Below are positions 11,723 to 19,808 of a stretch of DNA of 50,616 nt, piece by piece. The stretch lies in contig JAUWPQ010000001.1 of the NCBI GenBank assembly GCA_030611515.1, forward strand, positions 1-50,616. The letters are read 5' to 3'. The translations under genes were made by a program, and so were the position numbers. The notes beneath the pieces were generated by a model that was given only the letters and a program-made list of their open reading frames with translations, made no database searches and was not told the origin of the DNA. Position 1 is the first letter of the stretch, and every line of letters starts with the position of its first letter. The DNA is from Planctomycetota bacterium (GTDB lineage: Bacteria; Planctomycetota; Planctomycetia; Pirellulales; Thermoguttaceae).

Positions 11723-12748
11723 TTACAACTTATTTCCGTCGATCACGCAACCGTCGTTGCGGTTCGCCAAGTTGTAGAGTGTTGCGAGGTCGAGGGTCTC
11801 GCTGAGGAAATGCACGGAGCCGTCGGCGAACACCGTATTGGCGCCGCCGGGGTGGGCCGATTGGAACGGCGTATTCGGGCCGGTGTTTCCTATTACTCCG
11901 TAGCCGTCCGAAGGAAACGTTTTTTCGTTTATCCGATAGAGGAGGACGGTCAAGTTGAAAATCCGCTGGTCGGAAGTGGTGTTCGCGCTGGGCCCCATCG
12001 TAAAACCGTGGCTGTAATCGGAGCGCCAGTCGATTCTCGAGAACCCGGGCACGTTGACCCAGTCGGATTGCTCCACAACGGCCATGGTGTACGAGGTGCC
12101 GTCGGTGATGTCGGCCATCCGCACGCTTCGATATTCCGGCAGAACGCCACCCGCTGAAAGCTTCCCGCGGGCCGTCATGCCATCGTCCGTAATCGGAGAC
12201 ATTTCGCTGGCTGTTGGATGGTTCGCAGCTCCGGCAACGCCCGCGTACATGGCACACGGGGGCGTGAATTCCAGGGACGACTCGGTTCTCTCGGCCCCGC
12301 GGCTCAGCGGGCTTGAGGGACACCACAATATAGCGAATTTCTGTCCCAGCAGGAGTTCGCCGTTGTGAACGTTCCCACCGCCGCCTATCCAGCCCGTGAC
12401 GGGAGCGTCCGTCTCGAAGGATTCAAAAATGCCGTACTGCTCCAGGTACGGTAGTATTACCACCCACCAGGAATGTCCCCACGATCTATTCTGAAACCTA
12501 CTCGGCGGTGTTTGTCCCCCCGGCGGGAGCCAGCCGTGGGCCTCTTCGTACTGGAGCAGCGCCAACCCGATTTGTTTAAGGTTGTTGGCGCACTGAATCC
12601 GCCGGGCTGCCTCGCGTGCCGCCTGCACCGCCGGAAGCAGCAACGCGATCAGGATGCCGATGATCGTGATGACCACCAAAAGTTCCACTAACGTAAACGC
12701 CGTGGATTTTTGATTGCTGATTTCTGATTTATGATTGTTTCGGTCCAT
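11723..12748 (-). CDS. DUF1559 protein with prepilin-type N-terminal methylation domain and H-X9-DG motif
   Basis: AFTLVELLVVITIIGILIALLLPAVQAAREAARR at the N-terminus and HPGGANTVFADGSVHF near the C-terminus. This family is heavily expanded in Planctomycetota. Confidence 0.85.
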   Translation of the reverse strand: MDRNNHKSEISNQKSTAFTLVELLVVITIIGILIALLLPAVQAAREAARRIQCANNLKQIGLALLQYEEAHGWLPPGGQTPPSRFQNRSWGHSWWVVILPYLEQYGIFESFETDAPVTGWIGGGGNVHNGELLLGQKFAILWCPSSPLSRGAERTESSLEFTPPCAMYAGVAGAANHPTASEMSPITDDGMTARGKLSAGGVLPEYRSVRMADITDGTSYTMAVVEQSDWVNVPGFSRIDWRSDYSHGFTMGPSANTTSDQRIFNLTVLLYRINEKTFPSDGYGVIGNTGPNTPFQSAHPGGANTVFADGSVHFLSETLDLATLYNLANRNDGCVIDGNKL

Positions 12749-12803
12749 TACTTGCCTCCCCGCGCGAAAGCACGGCGTAGGTTGCGCTTCGGCCGACGCC
12801 CCC

Positions 12804-12832
12804 TTCCGCGTCTCCCATGCGCATGGTATAAT
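12804..12832 (+). promoter_or_regulatory. putative hicBA promoter with 12-bp palindromic operator
   Basis: TATAAT at 12827-12832, with a weak -35 (TTCCGC, 12804-12809) 17 nt upstream. The perfect palindrome CCATGCGCATGG (12815-12826) fills the spacer, about 50 nt upstream of the hicB ATG. Confidence 0.3.
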
Positions 12833-12881
12833 TAGGTGCCAAGGTTATGTCAAAGTTATCGGTACATCCGCGAGGCTGCTC

Positions 12882-13100
12882 ATGAGCTACACGGTAATTT
12901 TTCAGCAGGAACCCGATGGTGGATTTGTCGCCGTCGTTCCGGCGCTGCCCGGCTGCGTCAGCCAAGGGGACACGCGGGGTGAGGCGTTGGCGAACGTCCG
13001 CGAGGCCATGTCCGTCTATTTGGAGGATTGCGTCGAGTCGGGCGACCCGATCCCCACGGAAGCCGGACGCGAGATTGTTGAAGTGGAAAGTCCGGCGTAA
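12882..13100 (+). CDS. hicB: HicB-family antitoxin
   Basis: 72 aa. MSYTVIFQQEPDGGFVAVVPALPGCVSQGDTRGEALANVREAM matches the HicB/UPF0150 N-terminal fold pattern. The stop overlaps the hicA ATG (TAATG). Confidence 0.8.
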   Translation: MSYTVIFQQEPDGGFVAVVPALPGCVSQGDTRGEALANVREAMSVYLEDCVESGDPIPTEAGREIVEVESPA

Positions 13101-13324
13101 TGGCAAGGATTCCAACGGATTTGTCCGGACAAGAAGTCCGGCTCGCATTACAGCGGGCCGGTTTTGTTTTCCGCCGCCAGCGCGGCAGCCACATGGTGCT
13201 TCGCCGCGATCAACCTCCGGCGCGCGTAGTGGTACCCAACCATCGGCGGATTCGCAAGGGCACCTTGAACCAGATACTTCACGACGCCGACCTGACGGTC
13301 GAAAAACTGCTTGACTTACTCTAG
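13100..13324 (+). CDS. hicA: HicA-family mRNA interferase toxin
   Basis: 74 aa. SGQEVRLALQRAGFVFRRQRGSHMVL...NHRRIRKGTLNQILHDA is the YcfA/HicA pattern, including the catalytic GSH. Confidence 0.8.
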   Translation: MARIPTDLSGQEVRLALQRAGFVFRRQRGSHMVLRRDQPPARVVVPNHRRIRKGTLNQILHDADLTVEKLLDLL

Positions 13325-13417
13325 CCATCATCCATCCTCTTCCACGATTGCGAGGCGCTCCGAGCGTCGTCACGAAAACATTTTGTGACGACGCTGGAGA
13401 TCGCCAAATCATTCACG

Positions 13418-13455
13418 TCCCCTCTCCCAAAGGGAGAGGGGAGTTTTTCTTGTTT
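13418..13455 (+). terminator. rho-independent terminator downstream of hicBA
   Basis: Stem TCCCCTCTCCC, loop AAA, stem GGGAGAGGGGA, followed by GTTTTTCTTGTTT. Confidence 0.6.
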
Positions 13456-13491
13456 ACCGGCCACTAACCACCGGCCACTGACCACTAAACT

Positions 13492-14712
13492 CTACTTCCG
13501 CTTCCTCCAGGCGTAGGCCAGCAAGACGACCAGACCACAGAGCACTAGCGCGATCGAGGACGGCTCCGGTACGACGCCGCCAATCTCCGCGAGGACTTCA
13601 AAGGGCGGCTCCCAGGAGTTCTCGTCATATCCGCGCGGGCAGAAGAAATTGAAAAGGTAGACTCCGTCCACGCCGTCTTCCCAAAGCTGCTCTGCCCTTG
13701 CGCGGTACATGTCGGCCTCATTGTCATGATTGTCCCAATCAACGTAGAATTGCATCGCTCCGTAGATTGGCACTTCACTGATGAGATCCTGCCAGTCCGC
13801 AATGTTCAGGGGCTGGCCATTATGGAGAAAATTCGAGACGGTCAGGGAATCGACCCAACCCTCTTGCGCCCACGCGAGCGGGTCGCAACCGATCGCCAGC
13901 GACGCTTCGTAAGTCGCCCCGGAAATGTCGTAGTTCGTCGGAATACGGGCTGTAAGAGCGAGATGTCTGCCGCGTTTCGTTCCCTCCACGTCGAGCATAT
14001 CTCGCACCCGCTCGACCAACGAGTTCATCTTCACGACGCGTTCCACTGCCGTGCCGCTCTTAAAGAAGGACGGAAATCGCTGGAAATCAAGCTCAATACC
14101 GTCGCAATCGCCGTAGCGTTGCACGGTCTCCTCGATCAGGCCAAACACATAATCGCGGACTGCCGTCTGGCCAAAATCCAGCCCATAGCCCAAACGATAG
14201 CCGGAATTATCCATCCAAAACTGTGTCCGCAAATAACTACTGCTATGTGCATCATTCATGCGAAAGGTAAGCATCGCTTCCAGCCCTCGCCCCTTGGCCT
14301 CGCCCAGCATCACGGCGTAAGGGTCGATGCCATTGTCGAAGAAATTATTCATGTTTGCATACCGCTGTTTTTCAGCCTCCGGCCAATTCTCTCTTTCCGC
14401 CGGCGTGGACAGCTCGCCGCGCATCGTGCCCGCCGCGGTGGGGTAGTACATCACTTGGGCATTGGTGCAGAGCAGCAGCGTATCCATTTGGCTCCCTTCG
14501 TAGGAGATCTCACGAACGGCGGTTCTGAGGTCTTCAACGGTAATCGGGGTCGGTCCCATGGAGTCCTTTTTATGCCACATGACACCGTCGCCGTCATTGT
14601 TGTATATGAGCTGTCGCTGGGGCGCCGCCGCCGTGTAGTCTACCGCAGCCAACATCACAGCCAATGTATAGATCGCCAAATGTGGAACTAATAGGTATTG
14701 TCTTCGCGTCAT
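13492..14712 (-). CDS. PEP-CTERM-anchored protein with glycoside-hydrolase-like (TIM-barrel-like) body
   Basis: Signal peptide. C-terminal VPEPSSIALVLCGLVVLLAYAWRKRK is the PEP-CTERM sorting signal. Assigning the body to a GH-like family is tentative. Confidence 0.65.
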   Translation of the reverse strand: MTRRQYLLVPHLAIYTLAVMLAAVDYTAAAPQRQLIYNNDGDGVMWHKKDSMGPTPITVEDLRTAVREISYEGSQMDTLLLCTNAQVMYYPTAAGTMRGELSTPAERENWPEAEKQRYANMNNFFDNGIDPYAVMLGEAKGRGLEAMLTFRMNDAHSSSYLRTQFWMDNSGYRLGYGLDFGQTAVRDYVFGLIEETVQRYGDCDGIELDFQRFPSFFKSGTAVERVVKMNSLVERVRDMLDVEGTKRGRHLALTARIPTNYDISGATYEASLAIGCDPLAWAQEGWVDSLTVSNFLHNGQPLNIADWQDLISEVPIYGAMQFYVDWDNHDNEADMYRARAEQLWEDGVDGVYLFNFFCPRGYDENSWEPPFEVLAEIGGVVPEPSSIALVLCGLVVLLAYAWRKRK

Positions 14713-14856
14713 CTCTCGGATCCTTTTCTTTCCAGAAGTCTCATCAAACCTTCGCGGCTGAACGGATCGATCCAGGAGTGCGGCGAACTGTTGGCCATCT
14801 TTGCCGAGACGGCCAAATCAGTCCGTCGGCACTCCTGAATACAATCCCAAATCAAT

Positions 14857-15669
14857 TTACTTCCGCCTTCTCCATGCATAGCAGAGCAGGCCGAGTAGGC
14901 CCGTGGCCAAAAGCGCCAGTGTGGAAGGCTCGGGAATAACCGTCGGACCATCCCCCAAACTGTACACGGCGAAGTTGTCAAATTGCGACGCACCATAATA
15001 CAGACTCACGCCGACTTCGCCCGTGGATCGCGCGCCGTTAAGGTGCGTGTACGAGCTCTGGAACTTGAGCGTAGTCGCGTCGAAAAGCGTCTGAGAGTCG
15101 TATACCGAAAGCGTGAGAGTAGCCGAGGTATCCGCGCTGTTGTCCACGTCAAGACGCAGGTGCATCCAACTGTTGTTGGGGGCCAGTGTAGTATCGGCGG
15201 TGTATGTTTCCCGTAAGACGCCACCAGAGTCGTTCATGTTGCGGGCAGTATAGAATTTCACGCTATCGTCGTCGTCGGCAGAGGGTTTGAAAAAGGTCCA
15301 AGTCTTGTAGCTCCGGTCGATGGTACCGTCATACTTTTCGAGAGTCCAGATCCCAATCCCACCATCGCTGGTTTTAAAGTCAACATCGATGGTGACTTGG
15401 CCAAAGACCTCGCCCACGCCGCCTAGGGCTTTGTCGACGTCGTAAACCATGCTGTTGTGTGAGGTGGTTTTAGTAGTTGTGACGCAACCACCCACACCGT
15501 ATCCCGCGTCGTCGGCCGAATCGTACTTACCCCCGCTTGTCACGGTGAAGTTATCGCTGAAGTCAGCCGCGGCGCCAAACTGGATCATGGGAACCAATAC
15601 TTCGGCCCAACAGGCCGGGGCCACGACCAACAGGACAACCATCGCTACAACAAAAGAAATTCCTCGCAT
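14857..15669 (-). CDS. PEP-CTERM sorting-domain protein
   Basis: ATG at 15669 gives the signal peptide MRGISFVVAMVVLLVVAPACWA. C-terminus is IPEPSTLALLATGLLGLLCYAWRRRK. Confidence 0.7.
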   Translation of the reverse strand: MRGISFVVAMVVLLVVAPACWAEVLVPMIQFGAAADFSDNFTVTSGGKYDSADDAGYGVGGCVTTTKTTSHNSMVYDVDKALGGVGEVFGQVTIDVDFKTSDGGIGIWTLEKYDGTIDRSYKTWTFFKPSADDDDSVKFYTARNMNDSGGVLRETYTADTTLAPNNSWMHLRLDVDNSADTSATLTLSVYDSQTLFDATTLKFQSSYTHLNGARSTGEVGVSLYYGASQFDNFAVYSLGDGPTVIPEPSTLALLATGLLGLLCYAWRRRK

Positions 15670-15903
15670 CGCTATTCTCCTTGTGTTTGAAGGTCCGTTT
15701 CGCGGACCCTTCTCGCGGAGCGAACAAGGCAGACTCGATAGAGTTTGCATCTTATTCCCCCGTCATCACACCGCCGTCTTTGGGCTGCCGGCAACGTGCC
15801 GGCGATGTTCATCCCGATCAGACGGTCGCACTCTCTCCGCCTCCTCCGTATCCCTCGGCAGCCTTTGGATTTTTGCCGCCTTGCTTAATCCATCAGTCTA
15901 GGA

Positions 15904-16737
15904 TTACTTCCGCCTCCTCCATGCGTAGGCCAGCAGCCCGATCAGGCCGGTAAACAGCATTACAAGCGTTGTCGGCTCGGGAATCTTCGACACCTGCAAA
16001 TCATCGAATGTGGAGGGGCTCGTGTACGTGCCTCCGCCTGTCCCAACCGAAACGTAATTTACGATTCGGGTCGCGGCGTCTCCGACTAGGGTGTGGTCGT
16101 CGACAACCTGCGTCCCGTCGATCCAGGCACTCAACTTGTTGCCATCTGTCGTTACAACTACGTCGTAGGTGTCGGCTGCCGTCACGCTACCGTAGCTGAC
16201 CAAGACAGCATTATTGTAATACATCCATCCGTAATCATGTGAGCCATCGGAGCGCACCAGTAGCGTTGCCCCAACATCGGTGGAAACATGCGGGGCTGCC
16301 CCGTTTGGACTACTGTCGGCGCCCAAGACACCCACCATGCTATAGTAGCTGCCGTTGTCATTCCCAGACGACTCGTCCCCAACGATCGGCCTCATCGTTA
16401 CCGAAACCGTGGTGAGTTCTGCGATGCCGAAGTCCTGCTCCAACGCCATCCAACCCCGGGTGCCACCACCCAAACGCGTGTACAAGGTTTGCCCGTACGT
16501 TGGAACATACACTTGCGTGTAGTTTGTAGCGTAGTAGCTAATGTTGTAACTGGTGTCGGCATACGTTCCCGATTGCCGAGTCGCCAATTCCTGATTGACA
16601 CCATAGTCGGAATAGTGGGTGTGAATCTCTACGTTGTTGAACGTGTCCAGCAGGAGCAGTTCGGCCTGGGCCGTGCCCGCCGCCATCAGCAGAAATGCCG
16701 CCAACCCCAAAGCCATAATTTTTCGTGCGGAAATCAT
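15904..16737 (-). CDS. PEP-CTERM sorting-domain protein
   Basis: ATG at 16737 gives the signal peptide MISARKIMALGLAAFLLMAAGTAQA. C-terminus is IPEPTTLVMLFTGLIGLLAYAWRRRK. Confidence 0.7.
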   Translation of the reverse strand: MISARKIMALGLAAFLLMAAGTAQAELLLLDTFNNVEIHTHYSDYGVNQELATRQSGTYADTSYNISYYATNYTQVYVPTYGQTLYTRLGGGTRGWMALEQDFGIAELTTVSVTMRPIVGDESSGNDNGSYYSMVGVLGADSSPNGAAPHVSTDVGATLLVRSDGSHDYGWMYYNNAVLVSYGSVTAADTYDVVVTTDGNKLSAWIDGTQVVDDHTLVGDAATRIVNYVSVGTGGGTYTSPSTFDDLQVSKIPEPTTLVMLFTGLIGLLAYAWRRRK

Positions 16738-16936
16738 TGTTTGTCTCCATAAAGAAAAAGGTTGCACTTAACAAGAGAAACGTACACCATGCGAAAAACT
16801 TTTCCGGTTTCCACGTTTCGTGGAAAACTCGATTTTTCCGACGCCCCGCGAAAACGCGGTACGCCGCGGACGACACGTTCCCGCTGTGGATCGTGGGAAC
16901 AAAAACAATTACATCTAGCGCCAAACAGAGGATTTT

Positions 16937-18757
16937 TTACTTCGTGGGCAAACCTCCTTTCTCTTCGCCGGCCGGCGAGTGCGGAGCGGACGAGGCGGGA
17001 AACAAAAGCATTTCGGGGCGAAACCGCTCCAACAAGACCGATAGCCGCACTTCGTCAATTTCAGCGTCAATTGACAACCGCGGGTTGGATTGTTCGCCGC
17101 CGATTTGGAAGACGCCCTCGGGAGGATAGGGACGCCATGAGGCGACCGGTTCTCCGACCAGCCGGCCGTTCACCCAGATCCGGGCCGATCCCCATTGATG
17201 CACCAAGGCCACGTGAGTCCATTCCCCCAACTCGACCGGCACACCCGAGTCGAAAATACCTATGCCGCCGAATAGATACTGCCAGTGTCCGTCGCGAACA
17301 ATCAAGCCGAAGCCGTCGCGGCCCGTATGACCGTTGTAGGCGATTAGGGTAGTACTGTCCGCGAACTTGCGGACTTTGACCCAGGCCTCGATGACGAAGT
17401 TGTCGCGGATGGCGCATAAAGCGTCCGAATCAAAGAAACCTTCTCCAGGCGAGCCGTGGAATCTGACCGAGAATCGCCCCCCCACGGACACCTCGCCGTC
17501 GCTGTAGCTCGGCTCACCGAGTCTGGCAAGTGTGAAGCGTCCTTCTTGATCGACGGTTTCCTCATTGGCTACCGCGCCGACGGCTGCGCCCGGATCGTCG
17601 TCTCCCATGCGGAACCACGCCAACACCTTGACGGGCGAAGGTTTTGGAGCCGCCGGCATCCGCCGAACGAAACTCTTCGACTCGTCGGCTGTGCTCCCGG
17701 CATCGAGGACTTGTTCCCAGCCATTCCCATCCACCCACACGGACTCGTTCTCCGTCAGTTGGATCGCGGAGCTATTTTCCTTTCCTGAGTTGGCCAACCG
17801 CACTTCGACCTTTCCCTTAAACACATGCGTCAAGCTGTCGCCGGATTCCTTCACCTCAACTCCGAACTCGGTGCCCAGGTCGGTGATGACGGCGGTGGGA
17901 GTACGGATGGCAAAGAGGGATGAAGGATGAGGGATGAGGGATGACGTGGAATCGGCCGTCTGCGCTCCCTCTTCTCTCTTCTCTCTTCTCTCTTCTATTC
18001 TGGCCGTCAGTTTGCCCAGCGCGAGGTAGCCGCCGGCGGTTGATTCGACCTCGTAGGTGCAGGGGCCTTCGAGAATGACCTTCGCGCCGGAAGCGTAGGT
18101 GATTTCCAGCAGCCCGGAGTGGAGGATGTATTTTCGGCCCAGCGGGACGTATGCCCGTGAACTCAGCGGGGGCAGATAGTAGGGATCGTCCGACCACTTC
18201 ACATCGACCATGCCGGTGATCCGGCCGACGAACACCATCTCCGGCATGGCGTCCGACGGAACCGACTGCGACGGCGCCTCGGCGATATGTTGGTGATGGT
18301 TGACTTTGCATACCCAGAGCCCCAGCAGCATCACGACCATGATCACTGCGGAGACCATGCAGGAGAACGCCCAACTGCCGACGGAAAAGTAGCTAGTGGG
18401 TAGTGGATAGTGGGTAGTGGAGGAAAGATCGATGACGATCGGCGGGATTGGGGCTTCGGGACTGGGGGTTCGGGTATCGGAAGACACAATATCCCGAACC
18501 CCGCCGTTCAACTGCGAGTTCCCGTACACTTCGGACGGCGGCGAAAAGCCGGCGGCGCTAAACGGCACTTCACCGTAGACGCCCAACTCGCGCCTAAGCA
18601 AGGCATGGGTCCAGCAGAAGTCGAGATAGACTTGCTGGGCTTGGGGGTCGTCGCGGAGCAGGTCCGCCAGCCGCGCCCGTTCGGCGTCGGTCATCTCTCC
18701 GTCGAGCATGGCGGGCAGCAGGATCGAGAGTTCCGGATTTGTTTCGTTAGGGTTCAT
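16937..18757 (-). CDS. FecR-type anti-sigma factor with C-terminal LamG/concanavalin-like domain
   Basis: ATG at 18757 overlaps the upstream sigma gene's stop by 11 nt. N-terminal zinc-finger-less anti-sigma region (LDGEMTDAERARLADLL), TM helix WAFSCMVSAVIMVVMLLGLWV, FecR-like middle, and a LamG-like tail (WTHVALVHQWGSARIWVNGRLV). Confidence 0.7.
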   Translation of the reverse strand: MNPNETNPELSILLPAMLDGEMTDAERARLADLLRDDPQAQQVYLDFCWTHALLRRELGVYGEVPFSAAGFSPPSEVYGNSQLNGGVRDIVSSDTRTPSPEAPIPPIVIDLSSTTHYPLPTSYFSVGSWAFSCMVSAVIMVVMLLGLWVCKVNHHQHIAEAPSQSVPSDAMPEMVFVGRITGMVDVKWSDDPYYLPPLSSRAYVPLGRKYILHSGLLEITYASGAKVILEGPCTYEVESTAGGYLALGKLTARIEERREKREEGAQTADSTSSLIPHPSSLFAIRTPTAVITDLGTEFGVEVKESGDSLTHVFKGKVEVRLANSGKENSSAIQLTENESVWVDGNGWEQVLDAGSTADESKSFVRRMPAAPKPSPVKVLAWFRMGDDDPGAAVGAVANEETVDQEGRFTLARLGEPSYSDGEVSVGGRFSVRFHGSPGEGFFDSDALCAIRDNFVIEAWVKVRKFADSTTLIAYNGHTGRDGFGLIVRDGHWQYLFGGIGIFDSGVPVELGEWTHVALVHQWGSARIWVNGRLVGEPVASWRPYPPEGVFQIGGEQSNPRLSIDAEIDEVRLSVLLERFRPEMLLFPASSAPHSPAGEEKGGLPTK

Positions 18758-19280
18758 CGCGGACCTCCGCATTGATGGCCCTTTTGACGCACTCGGCCAG
18801 TTTGCCGCGAATCCGATATAGGGTTTGGGAGATGGACCCCGCGGTGCGCCCCCACTGCTCGGCGATCGCGCCGACCGATTTGCCGCCGTATCGGAGCTTG
18901 AGCATTTCGCGTTCTTGTTCCGAGAGGATCGAGATGCAGCGGCGCAGGAATTGCAGATCCAGGCTCGGCTCGCCGCCGCGCTGGGACATCTTGGCCGCCA
19001 ACTGGTCGACCAACACGTCGTCGAACCGGCGTCTTGCACGGGCCGACGAGTCCCAAAACCGCTGGACCTCGTGACGGGCGATTTGCATGGCCCAGGCGCC
19101 GAAGTCGGCGTCGGGGCGAAAGGCCTTTTGCTTTTGCAGCAGAGCTACGTTGGCGTTCTGCAACACGTCGTCGCCATCGTTCGGGTTGCCGGTCAGCGAC
19201 AATACGAAGGCGTACAATCGCGGCTGCCAGGCGATGACCTGCTGCATGTACCAGATTGTCCGATCGGTAACGTCGTTCAT
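18747..19280 (-). CDS. ECF-type RNA polymerase sigma-70 factor
   Basis: 177 aa. Region 2 (DDVLQNANVALLQK...FGAWAMQIARHEV) and region 4 HTH (GKSVGAIAEQWGRTAGSISQTLYRIRGKL). Translationally coupled to the anti-sigma gene. Confidence 0.85.
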   Translation of the reverse strand: MNDVTDRTIWYMQQVIAWQPRLYAFVLSLTGNPNDGDDVLQNANVALLQKQKAFRPDADFGAWAMQIARHEVQRFWDSSARARRRFDDVLVDQLAAKMSQRGGEPSLDLQFLRRCISILSEQEREMLKLRYGGKSVGAIAEQWGRTAGSISQTLYRIRGKLAECVKRAINAEVRDEP

Positions 19281-19587
19281 TCCGACCTGCGCTTGCGTCT
19301 GTCGTGGAGCGGTGAAAAGCCTACCCGTGGCGAGACGTGCTCTACTATTAAGTAAACCAACAACGCCGAACGAATCTCAACAAAAAAACCAGGGACTCCC
19401 ACACCGATTCGGAAAATGCCGGAAAGACCGGCGAATCGGCGACCAATGGGGGGCTAGCGACAACGCAACATGAGTAGAAACCGCCTGTGATCGGCCATCA
19501 TGCCGCGAAATGTAGAAGGCATCTCCAGACGCCGACGACAGAGGCGAAATAGTTTCTGTCGCGGAAAGCTATTGGACCGGGTGTCGT

Positions 19588-19776
19588 GGGTAAGCGAAGC
19601 TTACCAGCCCGTTGAAAAAGGGTGCCACTGGCTCTGCCAGTGCCTTGGAATGCCGTGAATGCCGGCACTGGCAGAGCCAGTGGCACTCATAATTTTCCAA
19701 AAATCACTTTTTCAACGGACTGTTACCCGTGGGCCGGAAAACGCGGAAACCCTACACGGGTAAGCTCCGCTTACCC
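19588..19776. repeat. nested palindromic element (family C)
   Basis: Core arms are GTGCCACTGGCTCTGCCAGTGCC (19622-19644) and the exact reverse complement (19664-19686). Outer arms are CCCGTTGAAAAAG / CTTTTTCAACGG. Flanking hairpins are GGTAAGC-GAA-GCTTACC and GGGTAAGC-TCC-GCTTACCC. Confidence 0.8.
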
Positions 19777-19808
19777 ATGGCGTCCACCCATTCCGCAACA
19801 GAAACCAA

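Noticed and set aside
13456-13490. The ACCGGCCACTRACC tandem pair after the PEP-CTERM gene stop as a regulatory site.
   Set aside because: It has only two units and no partner motif. It is noted as one more short-period tract and not called as a feature.
19622-19686. TGGCAC motifs inside the family C palindromes (also at 31752) as sigma54 -24 elements for the nearby NtrC-type regulator.
   Set aside because: There is no TTGC(A/T) -12 element at the required 5-nt spacing, and the motif is explained by the palindrome itself.
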